Origin: Octopus vulgaris
Lineage: Eukaryota
Direction of reading: 5' to 3'
DNA: 64,000 nt
Assembly (NCBI GenBank): GCA_951406725.2
Contig: OX597816.1
Span: 93,372,001 to 93,436,000, forward strand
Positions 1 through 13,234 of this stretch are shown one piece after another. A model generated the notes under the pieces. It ran no database searches. It was not told the DNA's origin and saw only the letters and a list, made by a program, of their open reading frames with translations. Position numbers and translations under genes: made by a program. Every line of letters starts with the position of its first letter. Position 1 is the stretch's first letter.

Positions 1-730
1 CATGTTTGGGTTATCTCTATCTCCAGATCTTTGTAATTCAAGAGTTTTGCCATTTCTTTTAGAGATACATTGTCATTTGCTGGGATTAATACGTTGATTA
101 CAAGACACTGTCAACTATATCCAGTTATTACCTGTGTATATTGGCATATCCCAGAGTATGGTTGCTTTGTCCTTTTCAGAGACTTTTTACGCCTATACCA
201 TCTTTTCTTTTATCATGCCATAGTGTTGGCAAAACTTCCAGTGTATACAGATCCCAACTCTGTCATGTCTGTGGATATATTCCTTCTTAGCCAGAACTGG
301 GCTGCCAGTGACAATATGATTTATTGTTTCTTCCCCATCACCATATATTCCGAAGTTACTTATAGTATTTTTCTTCATTATGTGTTTCTAGTGGTTTCTG
401 TAGAGAAGCTTTGATCTTGTGCTGCAATTAAAAATCTTTCAGTCTCTAGTTTGAGTCATGAGCTTTTCAACCATTGTGAAGATTTTACTTTTTCTATTCC
501 TTCACTGTTTAGCTTATCCCAGTATTTCCCATGTAAGGGCTTTTCTTGCTATCTTTTTATCATGGTATTTTGTTGTTCCAGTTTTAGTTTAGATTTCACT
601 TGCTTTACAGCTTTTGCAATTTGCTCATTTTTTTCATAGTTGTCAGGTACTATGACCTCTTTCTTGTATTTTCCGGCTTCTTTAAAGACAGAAAACATTT
701 TTCCTTTGCTCATTTTGTGGTTATTTGAAC
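1..730 (-). mobile_element. Decayed Dong/R4-clade (RLE) non-LTR retrotransposon, C-terminal fragment
   Basis: ORF 193..378 reads GDGEETINHIVTGSPVLAKKEYIHRHDRVGICIHWKFC, the zinc-knuckle/RHD region preceding the restriction-like endonuclease of R4/Dong; many stops and frameshifts. Confidence 0.8.
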
Positions 731-889
731 TAGTTTTCCTTGGTTCTGATCATCATCATGAAAAATCTCAACTGGACATGATGGAAAGTGTCAGTAGACT
801 ATGGTGATCCTTGTTTACTGATTGTGCTTCAATAACCCTGCAGAGAACTCTTGAAATTCCAAGCAATGAGGATTTTGTATGTGTTCTAT

Positions 890-1990
890 CTTTACATTTG
901 CTTCAATCTTTTTGAAGCCATGTTGATAGCTGGGTACTGATACTCCCAAGTGTACCATTCACTATTGTTATCATGTTCCCTTTCTTCAGTGTCCACAACC
1001 TGTATATTTCCCACTTTTATTCATCAAAGTTCTTCACTTTTTCTTCTTCTTTCTCTTCACTCCTGTTGTCACCAGGACATGTTGTATCAATTATCAGGCA
1101 TGTTTTTTACTTTTTTGTTCATTTCAACTATGTCAGATTTTTTATCTTTAACCTGTTAGTCAGACTCAATCATTGTATCCCACAGGATTTTGCAATCCTC
1201 ATTCTCAGTAACTCCTTCTGAGATTTAGTCATACCACATCTTTGATCTTTCTAAGCCATAATTTCCACAAAGCTCCCAATGGGTCATTCTTGCCACACTG
1301 TCATGTTTCATTTTGTATTAATGTTGTGCCAATTTCGGGCATTCACTAACAATGTGCCATACTGTTTTACCCCTTTTAACACACATTCTGAATTTGTCAC
1401 TCTCAGTTGTTTTATCAATTCTGCATTTCACATACTTTGTTCTCAATGCTTATTCTTGTTCCATACTTATGTAATTCTGTTTCTATCTTCAAGTCACTCC
1501 TCCACATCAATAACCACCAGAACTTCCGTATTTGTCTTTGCACTCATATCTCTTGCAAACTGACTGAACATTTTTTTCCTTTCCGATGTCATTTCTTTTT
1601 ATACGTATGCTCTTTTCCTTGTTAAATTTCTCTTTCTCCAAACAATTATCAGTTTGATGATGCCTGATTTCACATGCATCAACAATGGTTCTACTGAATT
1701 TTTTGCATACCACCCTAAACTGTTTTCCTCTGATTCAACACAATCATGACAACCGGTTAAATCTCTGCCACACTTTCTTCTGGAAAAGTGCAACTAATCA
1801 GTGTCACTGTTGGGATGAAATACTCTATACAATATGAATAATTTCTGTTTCTTCTTATCCATACTCATCAGTTTATCCTTCTGCTAGTTTTATGATTCCA
1901 TCATGGAAGATTTCTTATATCTGCATATCTAAAATGCTGAATCTGTAGATTCATTTAAACATTCATTAAGATATGCTGTGCCATAAGGTG
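890..1990 (-). mobile_element. Second decayed Dong/R4-clade fragment (thumb, zinc knuckle, RLE)
   Basis: Minus-strand remnants: GCHDCVESEENSLGWY, TVWHIVSECPKLAQ, and CLIIDTTCPGDNRSEEKEEEK (PD-(D/E)xK nuclease region). Confidence 0.7.
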
Positions 1991-3662
1991 ATACTTGAAA
2001 ATAAGTGACTGGGAGTATTTTAAAAATAATAACAGCTATAGCATGGGTATTTTCAATAGTTAGCATAAGGTATCCATCCATCTCAAGGCGAAAAAGTTAA
2101 ATATTTATATCCTGCTATAAGCACTATAATGGACACCAGCTGAGATTTCTGAATGCTTTAGGCCTAATTAATCAGGTAACAGAGTAATTCAGTAAAAGAA
2201 CGGTGATTTGCAGTGATGAGTTGAAATCTTTTCATGGCATTTTTAATTAGGGTCTGATTTAGGCTAAAATATTTTAAATTAAAGAAAAAAAAAAAGATTC
2301 ACTGATGAAGTTATGGCACCATCACTAGTAATATTACAAAGTAGTAGCAGAAATACCATCATTCTTGCCTTCAAGACTTATTTATGTTTGTATTCCGCTG
2401 TCTGAAAATGTTATATTTAAAACATTATTATTCATTCTTTGGCATTGTCATGGAGATACATTCCAACAATTCCCACCTTTTGGTTTAAGGTTAAATGCAA
2501 TAATCAATCATTTTTGTGAAATGACATTTTTCTCCCTTCTGTTAGACATTTTTCTTTTTAATTCTAAAAACAACATTACCTTTTGGAATCTTTTTCAATT
2601 TCTTTTTTATACTTCTTTTAATTCTAAAGAAAACAGACCTAGTAATTTTTTTCTTTGCTTTGGTTTTAGTAAGACTTCATTAAAATGCAAACTTATATTT
2701 TAAGCAAATGGTAATGCTATGGATGCAACTTCTGAAGAAGTTTAACACGGTTCTAACTTTACTATATCAAAGATAATAAATAAATGAAATTTATATTATA
2801 CGAGCTGTATTTCTCTGTCCATCCATTACAAACTAATCTCAGATTAAGATGATATTCAATTTATTTAAAGTAAACGAAATAAATTTATTCACTGAATTCA
2901 CATATACAATGTAAGGAAAAATAAGGTTTGTGTTTTATTTTCGATCAAAGTTTATTTTTCCAAACATACCACAAAAAAAAAAAATTACCATGACTATTTC
3001 ACTTTCAAATACAACAATAGATGGTGTGATAAAAATGAAAAGATAAAGATGGAGAGACTAGAAGAAGAAAGAGAAAAGTAACAGAAATAGCAATAGATTT
3101 ACTAAAACCCTCAGTAAAATAGTAAATTCTGCTGTAAGCCTATTTTCATTTACTGAATGCTGTTCTTTCTACTACTTGAATCTACTTATTTTTGAGCTGA
3201 GTAAACTATTTACAAAAAAAGCTTTCAGTCAATAAAGCAGTCAATTCTGTTGTTTGTGAGGTAAATATATTATTTTCCACTTAAATATTTGTTGATATAC
3301 AAAAATTGTAAAATTTTAAAATGTCATTAAAACATTCATTATTGTGAATAAAAATAATTCACTGAAACTTGTTAACCACATTGATTATGCATGAGGAAGT
3401 TTTGGCTCAGATATTTCATCTTATGTTGTGAACAAAATTATTATTTAAAAATTCTCATTGCCATTTATCATCTGTCACAAATATCACTAATATACACACG
3501 CACATATTCACAAATGGGATATTGTTTATGTAGTCATTCAGCTTGCTAGAAATAGTGGCCACATCTTCATAAAATCAGCAAGGAAGACACATCTTAATGA
3601 TAAAAACAGAATCTTGTCTAGGTTCTGTTTCAACCATTATGATGTTTCTTCATTAAGATGAC

Positions 3663-3950
3663 AGAAACTGAAAGAAGCCCGTCATATATATATATATATA
3701 TATTTATATGTACATATGTATGTGTGTGTGTATCTATGTCTGTGTTTGTCCCCCATCACCACTTGGCAACTGGTGCTGGTGTGTTTACAGCCCCGTAACT
3801 TAGCAGTTTGGCAAAAAGAGACCGATAGAATAGGTGCCAGGCTTAAAGAAAAAAATAAGTCCTGGGGCAAATTTGTTCAACTAAAACCCTTCAAGATGAT
3901 GCCCCAGCATGGCTGCAGACAAATAACTGAAACAAATAAAAGAAAAGAAA
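3663..3950 (+). mobile_element. Octopus-type tRNA/CORE-like SINE, 3' half
   Basis: GAAACTGAAAGAAGCCCGTC-(TA/TG)n-TGTTTGTCCCCC...CCCCGTAACTTAGCAG...CCAGCATGGCTGCAG...GAAACAAATAAAAG. The same family recurs at about 14519, 14836, 19890, 31485, 33270, 61380 and 63885. Confidence 0.75.
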
Positions 3951-4612
3951 AAATGTCATCTACGTAGATGTAAATTTCATAAAATATATGTGCTGAATTT
4001 GCAGAAAATAAAATAGGTTTTGAAAATATATGTTTTTAGTTAAAAGAAGCTTATTTCTTAAGCCTTTGTTCAGAAAGGCAACCTACATTTCAATAATTCA
4101 CCTAATTAAAAAGTATCTAATATAAAATCTTTTCTTCTGAAAATAAAAATAGAAGGAAAGCTAGTAAGTTTTTGATTCTTTTAAAACTCTTTGTAGTTGA
4201 ACTGAATATATTAAAGATAGTATTTTAAATGAATAGACATTTTAAATTTAAAATGTTGCCATCTTCATATCTGCAATGCTATTAGTATCAAACTAGTAAT
4301 GATAATTTGACCTTTAAAATATTATTTTTATTTGGTCATTTGTTTGTTTATTCATTTAATATCCACTTTTGCGGGGGTTGAACAGGGACTTATTTAAATC
4401 AGGATTTTATGGCCAGCTGCTCTTCCTGTCACCAACACTTAACTGTTCTTCATGTAAATGATTTCACATTTTGTTTTATTCCTAAGATATTCGAAAGCAT
4501 TGAGTAATATGTCAGTATTCATGCACATTTGTATGCACATACACACACATACATACACACACACATTAGTGTACACACTCACATATATACATAGCCACAC
4601 ATACACTCACAA

Positions 4613-4649
<37 letters not shown>

Positions 4650-5269
4650 GAAACTTGTCTCACACACATAAAAAACATCCACTACTCTTGGTGTAGTTTG
4701 CGTTAGGAAGGGCATACCAAATCCAACTGGAACCTGGTACAGCTCTCCAGCTTACCTATTACAGTCAAGCCATGCCAGCATGGAAAGCATATGCTAATTG
4801 ATGATGATGATGATGAATTATCTGAACATAGAAAAAGGATTAGTTTGTATTCTTTGTTACTTATTAGTTCTTAGATCTTTGCCATTTTGGTGTTCAAGCA
4901 TTTAAATGCATAGCAACTGGCTGCCTTTCTTAAAGCTAACTTCTCAATTATGAAGGAAAAGTAGTTTCTAATTTCAATTAAGTTAATGCTTTTTTATCAA
5001 CTAAAATTGGTGGGAGTGTCTGAAATAGAGATCAGACAAGAAATGATAAAAAGAAAAAGACTGAATATTTTTTATTGACTTCTAATATTAATTTTTGGTT
5101 TATGTTTAATATTAATTCCATTTCAGTTTTTAAATATATTTTAGAATTTTATTTTCAAGTATGGAAACATCACACTTTTACCATTTTGAAATTTAATCAT
5201 TAAAAGAAAACAAATCTGAAAGAACAGAATTTTTACTGAAATTTCTTTTTCTGTAGATATATGTAAATA

Positions 5270-5484
5270 TTCTTTCTAATTTTTGGCACACAGCCAGTAA
5301 TTTTGAGGGTGGGGGGAAGCAAATTACATCCACCCCAGTGCTCCACTGGTACTTACTTCATCAAAACTGAAAGAATAAAGTTGAAGTCAATTTTAGCAGC
5401 ATTTGAACTCAGTATGTAAAGCCTGAAGAAATGTTGCTAAGCATATTGTCCAGAGCACTAATGATTCTGCTAGCTTGTGGCCTT
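5270..5484 (-). mobile_element. tRNA-derived SINE (head shared with the 14270 SINE, different tail), CpG-decayed
   Basis: Reverse complement reads GCTAGCAGAATCATTAG...TGAGTTCAAAT...AAGTACCAGTGGAGCACTGGGGTGGATGTAAT...CCCTCAAAATTACTGGCTGTGTGCC. Confidence 0.75.
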
Positions 5485-5496
5485 AGATACAAAGAT

Positions 5497-5826
5497 AAAG
5501 ACTCCCTTCAGTCATGAACGACCATGGGATTGCACCTAGAAAGTTCCCTTCCAAGACACAAGTCCAGGCAAGGTTGTTTATGGAAGACCAGTAGTCACTC
5601 ATGCATACCAGCCTCCCTCTCCATGCCATCAATGTTATTCAAGGGAAAGGCAAAGGCCAGTACAGCTCGGCAGCAGTAATGTCACAACTTATTTCTACAG
5701 TTGAGTGAACTGGAGCAATGTGAAATAAAGTGTCTTGCTCAAGAACACAACACACAGCACAGGAATCAAACTCACTACCTTATGATTGTGAGCCAGATAC
5801 TCTAACCACTCAGCCATGTACCTTCA
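5497..5826 (-). mobile_element. tRNA-derived SINE of a different family
   Basis: Minus-strand A-box-like TGGCTGAGTGGTTAGAG, B-box-like GTTTGATTCC, and central TTCTTGAGCAAGACACTTTATTTCAC motif. Confidence 0.6.
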
Positions 5827-5839
5827 CTATATTTATATA

Positions 5840-7121
5840 CCAGCAAACACACCTGTCCTTTGAATGGTTTAAGTTGCTTTAGTGGTATTTTTTCACCAAA
5901 TAATTGAACTACCAAGAAGGTTTACAAGTAGCACGGCAATCTATATTTCTGATTAACCTAGGAATGGAAAATCAAATTGAAGGCTGGTTATTGTAGAGGT
6001 CATTGCACTTTAATAATCATAGAACATATAAGTTTGCAAGCGATGCAAAATAGAGCTACTGAAGTGGTTGAAGAGCAGATTATGGATAATGACTGCAAAA
6101 TATAGCTGTTTTACATGAAAGCGAAATTTCTTGTCAGAAACAGCCACATAAATGGTGTAAGGAAATTGAATGAAGAATTTGAAACTTCCCCTCTGTGAAT
6201 TTATTTTTTTCAACAGCAAAGGGAGCTATTTTTTCAGAGAGATAAGCTAACAAAAGCCCCTTTATTCTATCCTCCCACATAACCTGCACATTAACTAACA
6301 GGGAATGCTACATAAAGTTAAATTGGTATGGAACTTTTGCTAGTAGAACCAAAACTCTTATTGAAAGGTCGATTCTTAGGAATGAATCATATGTGATTGT
6401 TTAAAAAAGCCCAGAACAACAATGCTAAAATATGTTTAGAACAATGGACAACAGTTGAAATATCATAATGGATAGGTAAATTAGCATCCTCAAAGGGAAA
6501 TAACGCATTGGTGGGTAAACAAATGTATCAACAAATAGAAGAGAGGGAAGGGAACATCACCTTTAAAGTAACTCAGAATAGTAATGGTAAGCTTGCCAAA
6601 GTTTAATGCAGTTTAAATATGGAGATTAAGATTGTTTGGTATTGGATATTCATTGCATACAGTGTTCCTAGTCAATTTAATCAGTATGGTAGGTGGACAG
6701 TTGAAAGAAATAGACAAAATTCTTTTGCTTTTATAAAAAGATTTAAAAAGTATGAAAGACCCTACGTACGAAAATACTATGTCCATTTAGGTCCACTGAC
6801 GCAGGAGCTCTGGGCAAGTTTCAACAAATGGAAAAGTGATATTCAGTAATATCATGGTGGGGTACTTATCACAAAGCATGGAAAGAAATGCAGACTTCTT
6901 TGATCATTCCATGCATCTCACATATGACTGCTGTTGCCTTGGCAATGCTTTGCTTCTGAATAAGGAGGTAACTGATGAGAGAATGACGTTGAACATCCAG
7001 CACAACCCTCAATCATTATAATCAATGTGCAACACAAGTTAACACTATAAAAGCTTTGTGAGAAAGCAAAGGAAGATACCAAATAGCATATGATTTTGTA
7101 GTATCATTGTTTTATTATAGA
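5840..7121 (-). mobile_element. Possible old non-autonomous Helitron
   Basis: Minus strand begins TCTATAATAAAAC at 7121 and ends in a degenerate hairpin plus CTGG-T (CTAG-like) at 5840; interior unrecognised. Confidence 0.4.
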
Positions 7122-8049
7122 AGTGTTGCCTACATTTTGCATGAGAATATCATGTGACTTAACTTGATAGTCACATAATGAAGACAGTTTAACATGGCAG
7201 CCCTTTTCTGTGTCAAAAAGGTGTTCTTTAATGATATCTGAGGTGAGTAGGACAGAAAAAAAGAAGCAAGGAACACCCAAAGATGAGAAAGAGAAAGCTG
7301 ACTGCTATCAGTGAGCCAAGATCCAACAATCTTGTACAAAAACTGTTACCAAATATTTCAAATAAATCTGGGTTATCAGTTATGTGTGAATCCATGTTTA
7401 AAGCAAGCAAAAAACAAAACAGGTATTTGAAGTGGGTAGGACAACTTCTATGATTGAAAACGACCACAAAACAAGAATCTGTGCGACTTCAGTTTTACTT
7501 CATTATTCAGTTGATAAAGGCCAGCTGAAGTAAGGGGTTATATGTAATTACTTTAATAAGCATTTTACTGTGGGATTCTGTTAATAGTTTTGAACAAGCT
7601 TATCTGTCCAGGGAAATAGATACAATCTTCCTTGCAATAGTAATTTCTTCTAAATGATGACTTGAAAGATATGATAATTTTTTAAGACTAAAGGGTGTTA
7701 TTTAATAGAAATTGGATCACTATTTCTAGCAGGTCAAACAGCCTCTTATATGCTTCAGTGTTGATCTATTTGGTAACGACCAGAAATGTAAGGTTGTTTC
7801 TGTACTCTTGTAAGTTAGTCAGTGAAATTATAATTTATTGTTGCTAACTTTACTGCTTTAATCATCATCCACTTTAGCACTACCTTCAAATGGCATTCAG
7901 TTACCTTTAGCAGAGCTCTCTCTCTGTTGCAAGCATTCAGGTCAGGTCTCAGGTTTAAGGATAACATTCTCTCTTCATCCACCAATCTAAGAGGCACTCA
8001 AAAAATCATGGATATTGTCCTTTTCCTTCAAAAATTTTTTTAAAAATTG

Positions 8050-8314
8050 GGATCTTTTCAGTTTGAAGGCCAGATTTTCTTAGTTAACTAAACAATTTGA
8101 AACTTCGTATACTGGTAGAATGTGTCAAAAGAAAACATAATTGTAAACCAAAATGAAAACGGAATTGTAATTTCTAAGTTTAACGTTGTTTAATAATTCG
8201 AATTTTAACCAATGATATTCTTTCTTTCGACCTCATATTATTTACTGCCTCTCAAAATATTGTTACTGTGACGTAAACAGCTATTTTGTGACGTAGTTAA
8301 CGTAAACATGTAAA
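8050..8314 (+). repeat. Left long terminal inverted repeat
   Basis: Reverse complement of 30514-30778, 256/265 identical by hand alignment; no nearer partner TIR seen. Confidence 0.92.
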
Positions 8315-8963
8315 CAGACCTACAGATTCGTTTGTAACGTAAACATCCGTTCATCGTAAATAGCTAAATTCGCTTGGCATCGTACACAGCTTTTTCAGTT
8401 CCCTAGAATTATATTTCAAAGAAAATAAAAAGAAAAAGATTCATACGCATAAATATCCATCCTTAGACATCAGAAAATGAGTGTTTAAATTATTTTCCAT
8501 TGTTTGCATTGCTTACACACACACACATACATACATACACACATACTAAAATTACATCGTTGGAGCAGTAATTTATTTATGTATTTTTTGTTATACAATT
8601 TATTTTAAAGCTGAATCCCTATCCTGCCATTAACCCCTTTCTTATAAAATAGTTGAAGAATCTGGGGTGTAGGTATTGGGCCAGTATTGGAACTTTTAAC
8701 TTCTTGCTCTCTATCTTATGATCTCCGAAATTTAAGAATCTTGTGTTAACTCGGCTCTTATTATTTACTCTGACTCTGCCACCACCTCAATGCAAAGACT
8801 ATCAATATCAGAATCATCTTCACAACCACCACTACAACCATTACTACAACCTCGAATGCCACCACCACAACCATCTTCTGCAACCACAACCCCAAGATCA
8901 ATACCAGCATCATATTCAAAATCACCAATTTCACCACCACTACACTCTGCAATGTCTTCAACT

Positions 8964-9145
8964 CTACCATCCATGAGACATCCTAACATAATCAATGCTA
9001 CTACTACTATCATCATCATTATCATCATCATCCACTGCCGCCACCACCACCACCACCTCTACAAAAACACCAACACTATAATTTCTGCCATCATACACAT
9101 CCACTGTCACCACTACACCACCACTGCCATGATAACCACATCTAC
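8964..9145 (+). repeat. Segment duplicated in inverted orientation at 29048-29236
   Basis: CTACCATCCATGAGACATCCTAACATAATCAATGC...GATAACCACATCTAC recurs as its reverse complement; differences are mostly microsatellite length. Confidence 0.92.
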
Positions 9146-9229
9146 CACCTCCAACACCATTGCCACCACTATCTATGAGACATCCTAAGTTAGAAACTAC
9201 TTTCACTTTCTAGTTGCTCTTTGAGTTTA

Positions 9230-9599
9230 TCTTTATATATAAAAGAGAGGTTGTGTGTCTGTCTCCTACGATTTAGATTCCTAACTACTCCCACATTTTG
9301 CGGTGCAGTTTAACCAAAACCGGGTATCTTATAGTCGTGATTCATATCGAGCCCTTCTGAGTATTAGCGTGAGTCTACGATTTAAAAAAAAATTTACCAT
9401 CATTTTTTTCCATTTTAATGCATTTTTTCGATATTATATAAGGGAAGTAACTCTCTAAAAATGTCTACGATGAGTCAACGATTTAAAAAAAAAAATTTAC
9501 CATCATTTTTTTTTGCTATTTTTTTGGCTATAACTCTCTAAAAATGCTTATATAGTTATTTCCCTTACAAACCCGAGCAACGCCGGGCGATACTGCTTG
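9230..9599 (+). mobile_element. Non-autonomous Helitron
   Basis: Inserted between A and T; starts TCTTTATATATAAAAG; ends with hairpin CCCGAGCAACGCCGGG then CTTG (CTAG variant). The same 3' hairpin occurs at 28389-28416. Confidence 0.8.
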
Positions 9600-10104
9600 T
9601 TATATCTAATCTATCTCTCTAAAAGATGCAAAGCAAGTAGCATTAAATGGTGAATGGATGTGAGCAGAAAGAGAGTAAGTTCCATTCCAGTTTACAACAA
9701 TTATAGAATTATTTTCAAACCATAAATGAAGGGTGGAGAGGAGTGAAGGAGGAGTCATGTTTCCTCTGAGGGGTTACAGAAGTAATAAGCACTGAAAAGT
9801 GGAGTTTGCGTTATTATTTTTGTTTCATAGTTTACAATTATTTCTACAAATTCATTTTGACTTATCTTCAATCATGTTTATAAACGTGACCGCTGTGCCG
9901 TCCACTATAAACATTGATTAATGTCCTATATTTAAGCGATAGACAAACACTTCAGCATATTATTTTTTGTAGAGAGTTGCGAGGGATCATTTCTATGAAC
10001 GGGGTATCTGTACAACGGATATGACTACATCATAAATTGTGGAGTCGTTTAAAAACACGATGCAAGATTAAGTCAACATGGAATTTTTGAAACAATCATA
10101 AATT

Positions 10105-10270
10105 GTTCTATATTTTAGAGATGAGGAATTCTGTACAATATTTACATTTTTTATATTGGACGGATATTTGTCCTCATCTTGTTTGTTGCTACCACAAAAT
10201 TTCGGCTGATTTACTCTCCAGCCTTCATCAGGTGTCCTGGTAGAATTTTGATTCCAGCCCTAGGTTCTAA
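10105..10270 (-). mobile_element. Penelope-like terminal fragment with decayed minimal hammerhead (10192-10235)
   Basis: Minus strand ACAC-CTGATGA-A-GGCTG..CAGCC-GAAA-TTTT-GTGG; downstream sequence matches 49400-49480, which follows a GIY-YIG ORF. Confidence 0.65.
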
Positions 10271-10706
10271 GGTGCCACGCAGTGTGAATGAACCCGAAAC
10301 TATGTGGCTGGTATGGCCGGTCGGGGAGTCACCTTTGCTTTCGCGCCTTTTACGTTCTTAGCCGTGGGAGACGTCTATATTGCTAAGAGTATAAAAAGTG
10401 TGAAACCAATGGTAACGTCCTGACTGGTCGTAAACCACAACTACATTAGATATTACTACGATATATCTAAAAAAAACATTTACTTGTCTCAGTCATTCGA
10501 CATATTCTATCGGTTAATTTCGTCGAACTTCTAAGTTGCGGGGATGGAAAGGAAGTCAACAAGCGGTTGTCTGGGACAAGCACGAAGCTAGCCCCCTCCG
10601 GCCCACAAACACGTATATACGACGGGCTTTTTTCAGTTTCCATCGTCCAAATCTATTTGACCTAGTGACCAGGCAGCAAACTTCTTGTCACACAGTCACT
10701 CCTACG

Positions 10707-10748
<42 letters not shown>

Positions 10749-10755
<7 letters not shown>

Positions 10756-11348
10756 ATCCTACAACGGCGCGCGCGCGCGCCGTCCATTTGTATTTCGCGC
10801 GTGTTGGTGCCTTCACCAAGGCACAGAAAGGAAGGGCCCTCTCGCGCATGCGCGAACCACCGGAAGCACGACCCGCTTGCCTATCGTGGTAGTTAGCGAG
10901 GCAAGGGGGTCGTAGAACGTTTGACCACTAGCAGCAGTCATCGAGGACTTGGGACCCAGCGATTGAAGGCAACGTCACGCGATATATTTTCTCTCCGTTG
11001 GAACTAGCTTCTAGCAGTCCTTACCAAATTGTTGCAGACCAACATCGTCTCCATTGTTCGACGCCATCTTGACCCCTTTCCGTTTTTGGGCTGAAGATTG
11101 TAAATATTACAATCTATTAACTTTCAGCCTTGCGCGCCCAGAATCAAGGACATCAGATAACACACTTATTGTTATTGTTTACCAAGAAAGAGAATAAAGT
11201 AGTTATATGTATATTTTACGTCTGCGTCTTGTTGTTTCTGACTAGTAGAATTCTGGATTATTAAAGCAACGGCTAGTGAGAGTGATTGCTTTCTTGTACC
11301 CCGAAAGTACAAGACAAGGACAGTCACACACTCACAAGTTCGTTTTCA
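10749..11348 (+). mobile_element. Solo LTR (600 bp) inserted in (TA)n
   Basis: TG...CA termini, CpG-rich 5' part, internal AATAAA near 11193, (TA)n on both sides. Confidence 0.7.
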
Positions 11349-12037
11349 TATATATATATATGTATATATATACACGTCCCCGTAGCTTAGCGTTTTGGAA
11401 AAAGAAACCGATAGAATAAGTGCTAGGGTTCCAAAGAGTAAGTTCTGGGGTCGATTTCTATAACTAAAAAACCTTCAAACTCTGCTTGTTGTTCTTTCAC
11501 CTGTCTTCGTCGTTTGTTTTCTGTAAATTTGAACTACACACACGCGCGCGTGCGCGCACACACACACACACTCACACACGCACACATACACACGCACACA
11601 CATATATATATAGGTAAAAGATTAATGAGTGCGTGCGTTACATAAATAATATCTTCAGGATTAAATAAAAAGACAACAAACGGAAAATATGACATATCTA
11701 TATATATATAATTAAAAATAAACGTATTGTAAATAAACAAACGAACACATACTAAATGCACAGGCGAACAGAAAACACACAAGGTCACAAATTCTTCATC
11801 AGTTATCAGCAAGAGGAGTCAAACGCAATTTCGGGCATTATCGATGCTATTGTTTCTTTCGCTGTTCGCAAAAAAGTTCGTATTCCATATTTTCGTATTT
11901 CGTATTTCCTGTTGTTTACCTTCTGTGACGTCCTGAACCCATATATGCATATGTATATACATATATATGTAAGTATATACATACACACATACATACATAC
12001 ATACATACATACATACATACATACATACATACATACA

Positions 12038-12106
<69 letters not shown>

Positions 12107-12622
12107 GACATTATCTATAAACATTACAATTGTTTCGAGACATTTTTAGACTTGTTCATTGGTGAGATGTTGTGTAATCATTATCACCAATTCAAGGTGT
12201 GAAATGCACCTTCTTTGAGTAAGACTTTATACGAGCTTTATATAGCATACCACAAGGGTTTTACCCGTATATTTACTCGCGTATGTGTGTATATGTATAA
12301 AAGCGGAGCAAGAGTACACACGAAGACAGAAAGTGTCGCTGAAGAGTTCACAGAGGTGTGACGAAAGATTTCCGGACGATAAACATAAATTAGAATAAGA
12401 ACAGTAATAAATGAGTGAAAAGGGAATTATATAGTGCGCCTGTTTATTTGGCAAAAAGAGGGAAAAAATAACTATCTCGAAATACAACAATATCTGTTTC
12501 AACGCACGGTTTCACATCAAGAATCTTGCAGCACACATATATATTTACAGAAAACAACAAAAGACGAAGACAGGTGCAGGAATAACAAGCAGATGCATTA
12601 GTTTGACTGAATATATATAGAG

Positions 12623-12723
12623 AATACCAAACGAGTTCCCTATGGATACCGTATTTATTACAACAAGTGGCTTGTAAACGAGTTGTAATAAATACGGTAT
12701 CCATAGGGAATGAGTTTGGTATT
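12623..12723. repeat. About 100-nt near-perfect hairpin
   Basis: Perfect 29-bp arms 12636-12664 / 12682-12710, a 17-nt loop, and 10-bp outer arms AATACCAAAC/GTTTGGTATT. Confidence 0.9.
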
Positions 12724-12826
12724 TTATTTATTACACACAAATAAACGACCATATTTTATTAACCCAATAACTAAATTCTTCACGTTTAGTTGTAACTTAT
12801 GAATGACAAAAGTAGTGCCGTCACCG

Positions 12827-12861
12827 TGACGTCGGGTCATCACCATGGATTGACCAATCAG
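12827..12861. promoter_or_regulatory. CRE-like site and CCAAT box in a CpG-retaining patch
   Basis: TGACGTC at 12827-12833; GACCAATCAG (NF-Y consensus) at 12852-12861. Confidence 0.35.
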
Positions 12862-12934
12862 AAGCAGCGCTCGCAGTATCTGACATATGTTAGATACCAA
12901 AAATATCTCAAAGTGTTCTCACTCACATGTGTGT

Positions 12935-12983
<49 letters not shown>

Positions 12984-13234
12984 AAATTAGAAAATGGAGA
13001 AACATACTTAAATCAAACATCAACCAACAGATCAATACTTTATTACACCATTACATAACAGTAAAGGCATTATACAAAATATATTGTAAATATAATTAGA
13101 CAAGGAAATAGAAATATAAAATATAATATGTTATCCCATGGTGGGTTGAATTTTCAACCCCTATCTCATTTTATATATATATATATATATTTAGTGTAGG
13201 AAGAAACGAAGATTTAACAAAATTCCTTTTTATT

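Noticed and set aside
8743-9206. Overlapping Pro/Thr/His-rich ORFs resembling a mucin
   Set aside because: Low-complexity (CAC/CAT)n DNA open in most frames; no splice or homology support. The same applies to 38909-39449 and 59054-59450.
11756-12202. Long ORFs made of YI/HT/CV/II repeats (also near 16355, 38043, 46398, 48012, 56748, 62099)
   Set aside because: Translations of (TA)n, (CA)n, (TACA)n, (TAGA)n and (AAT)n microsatellites; not genes.
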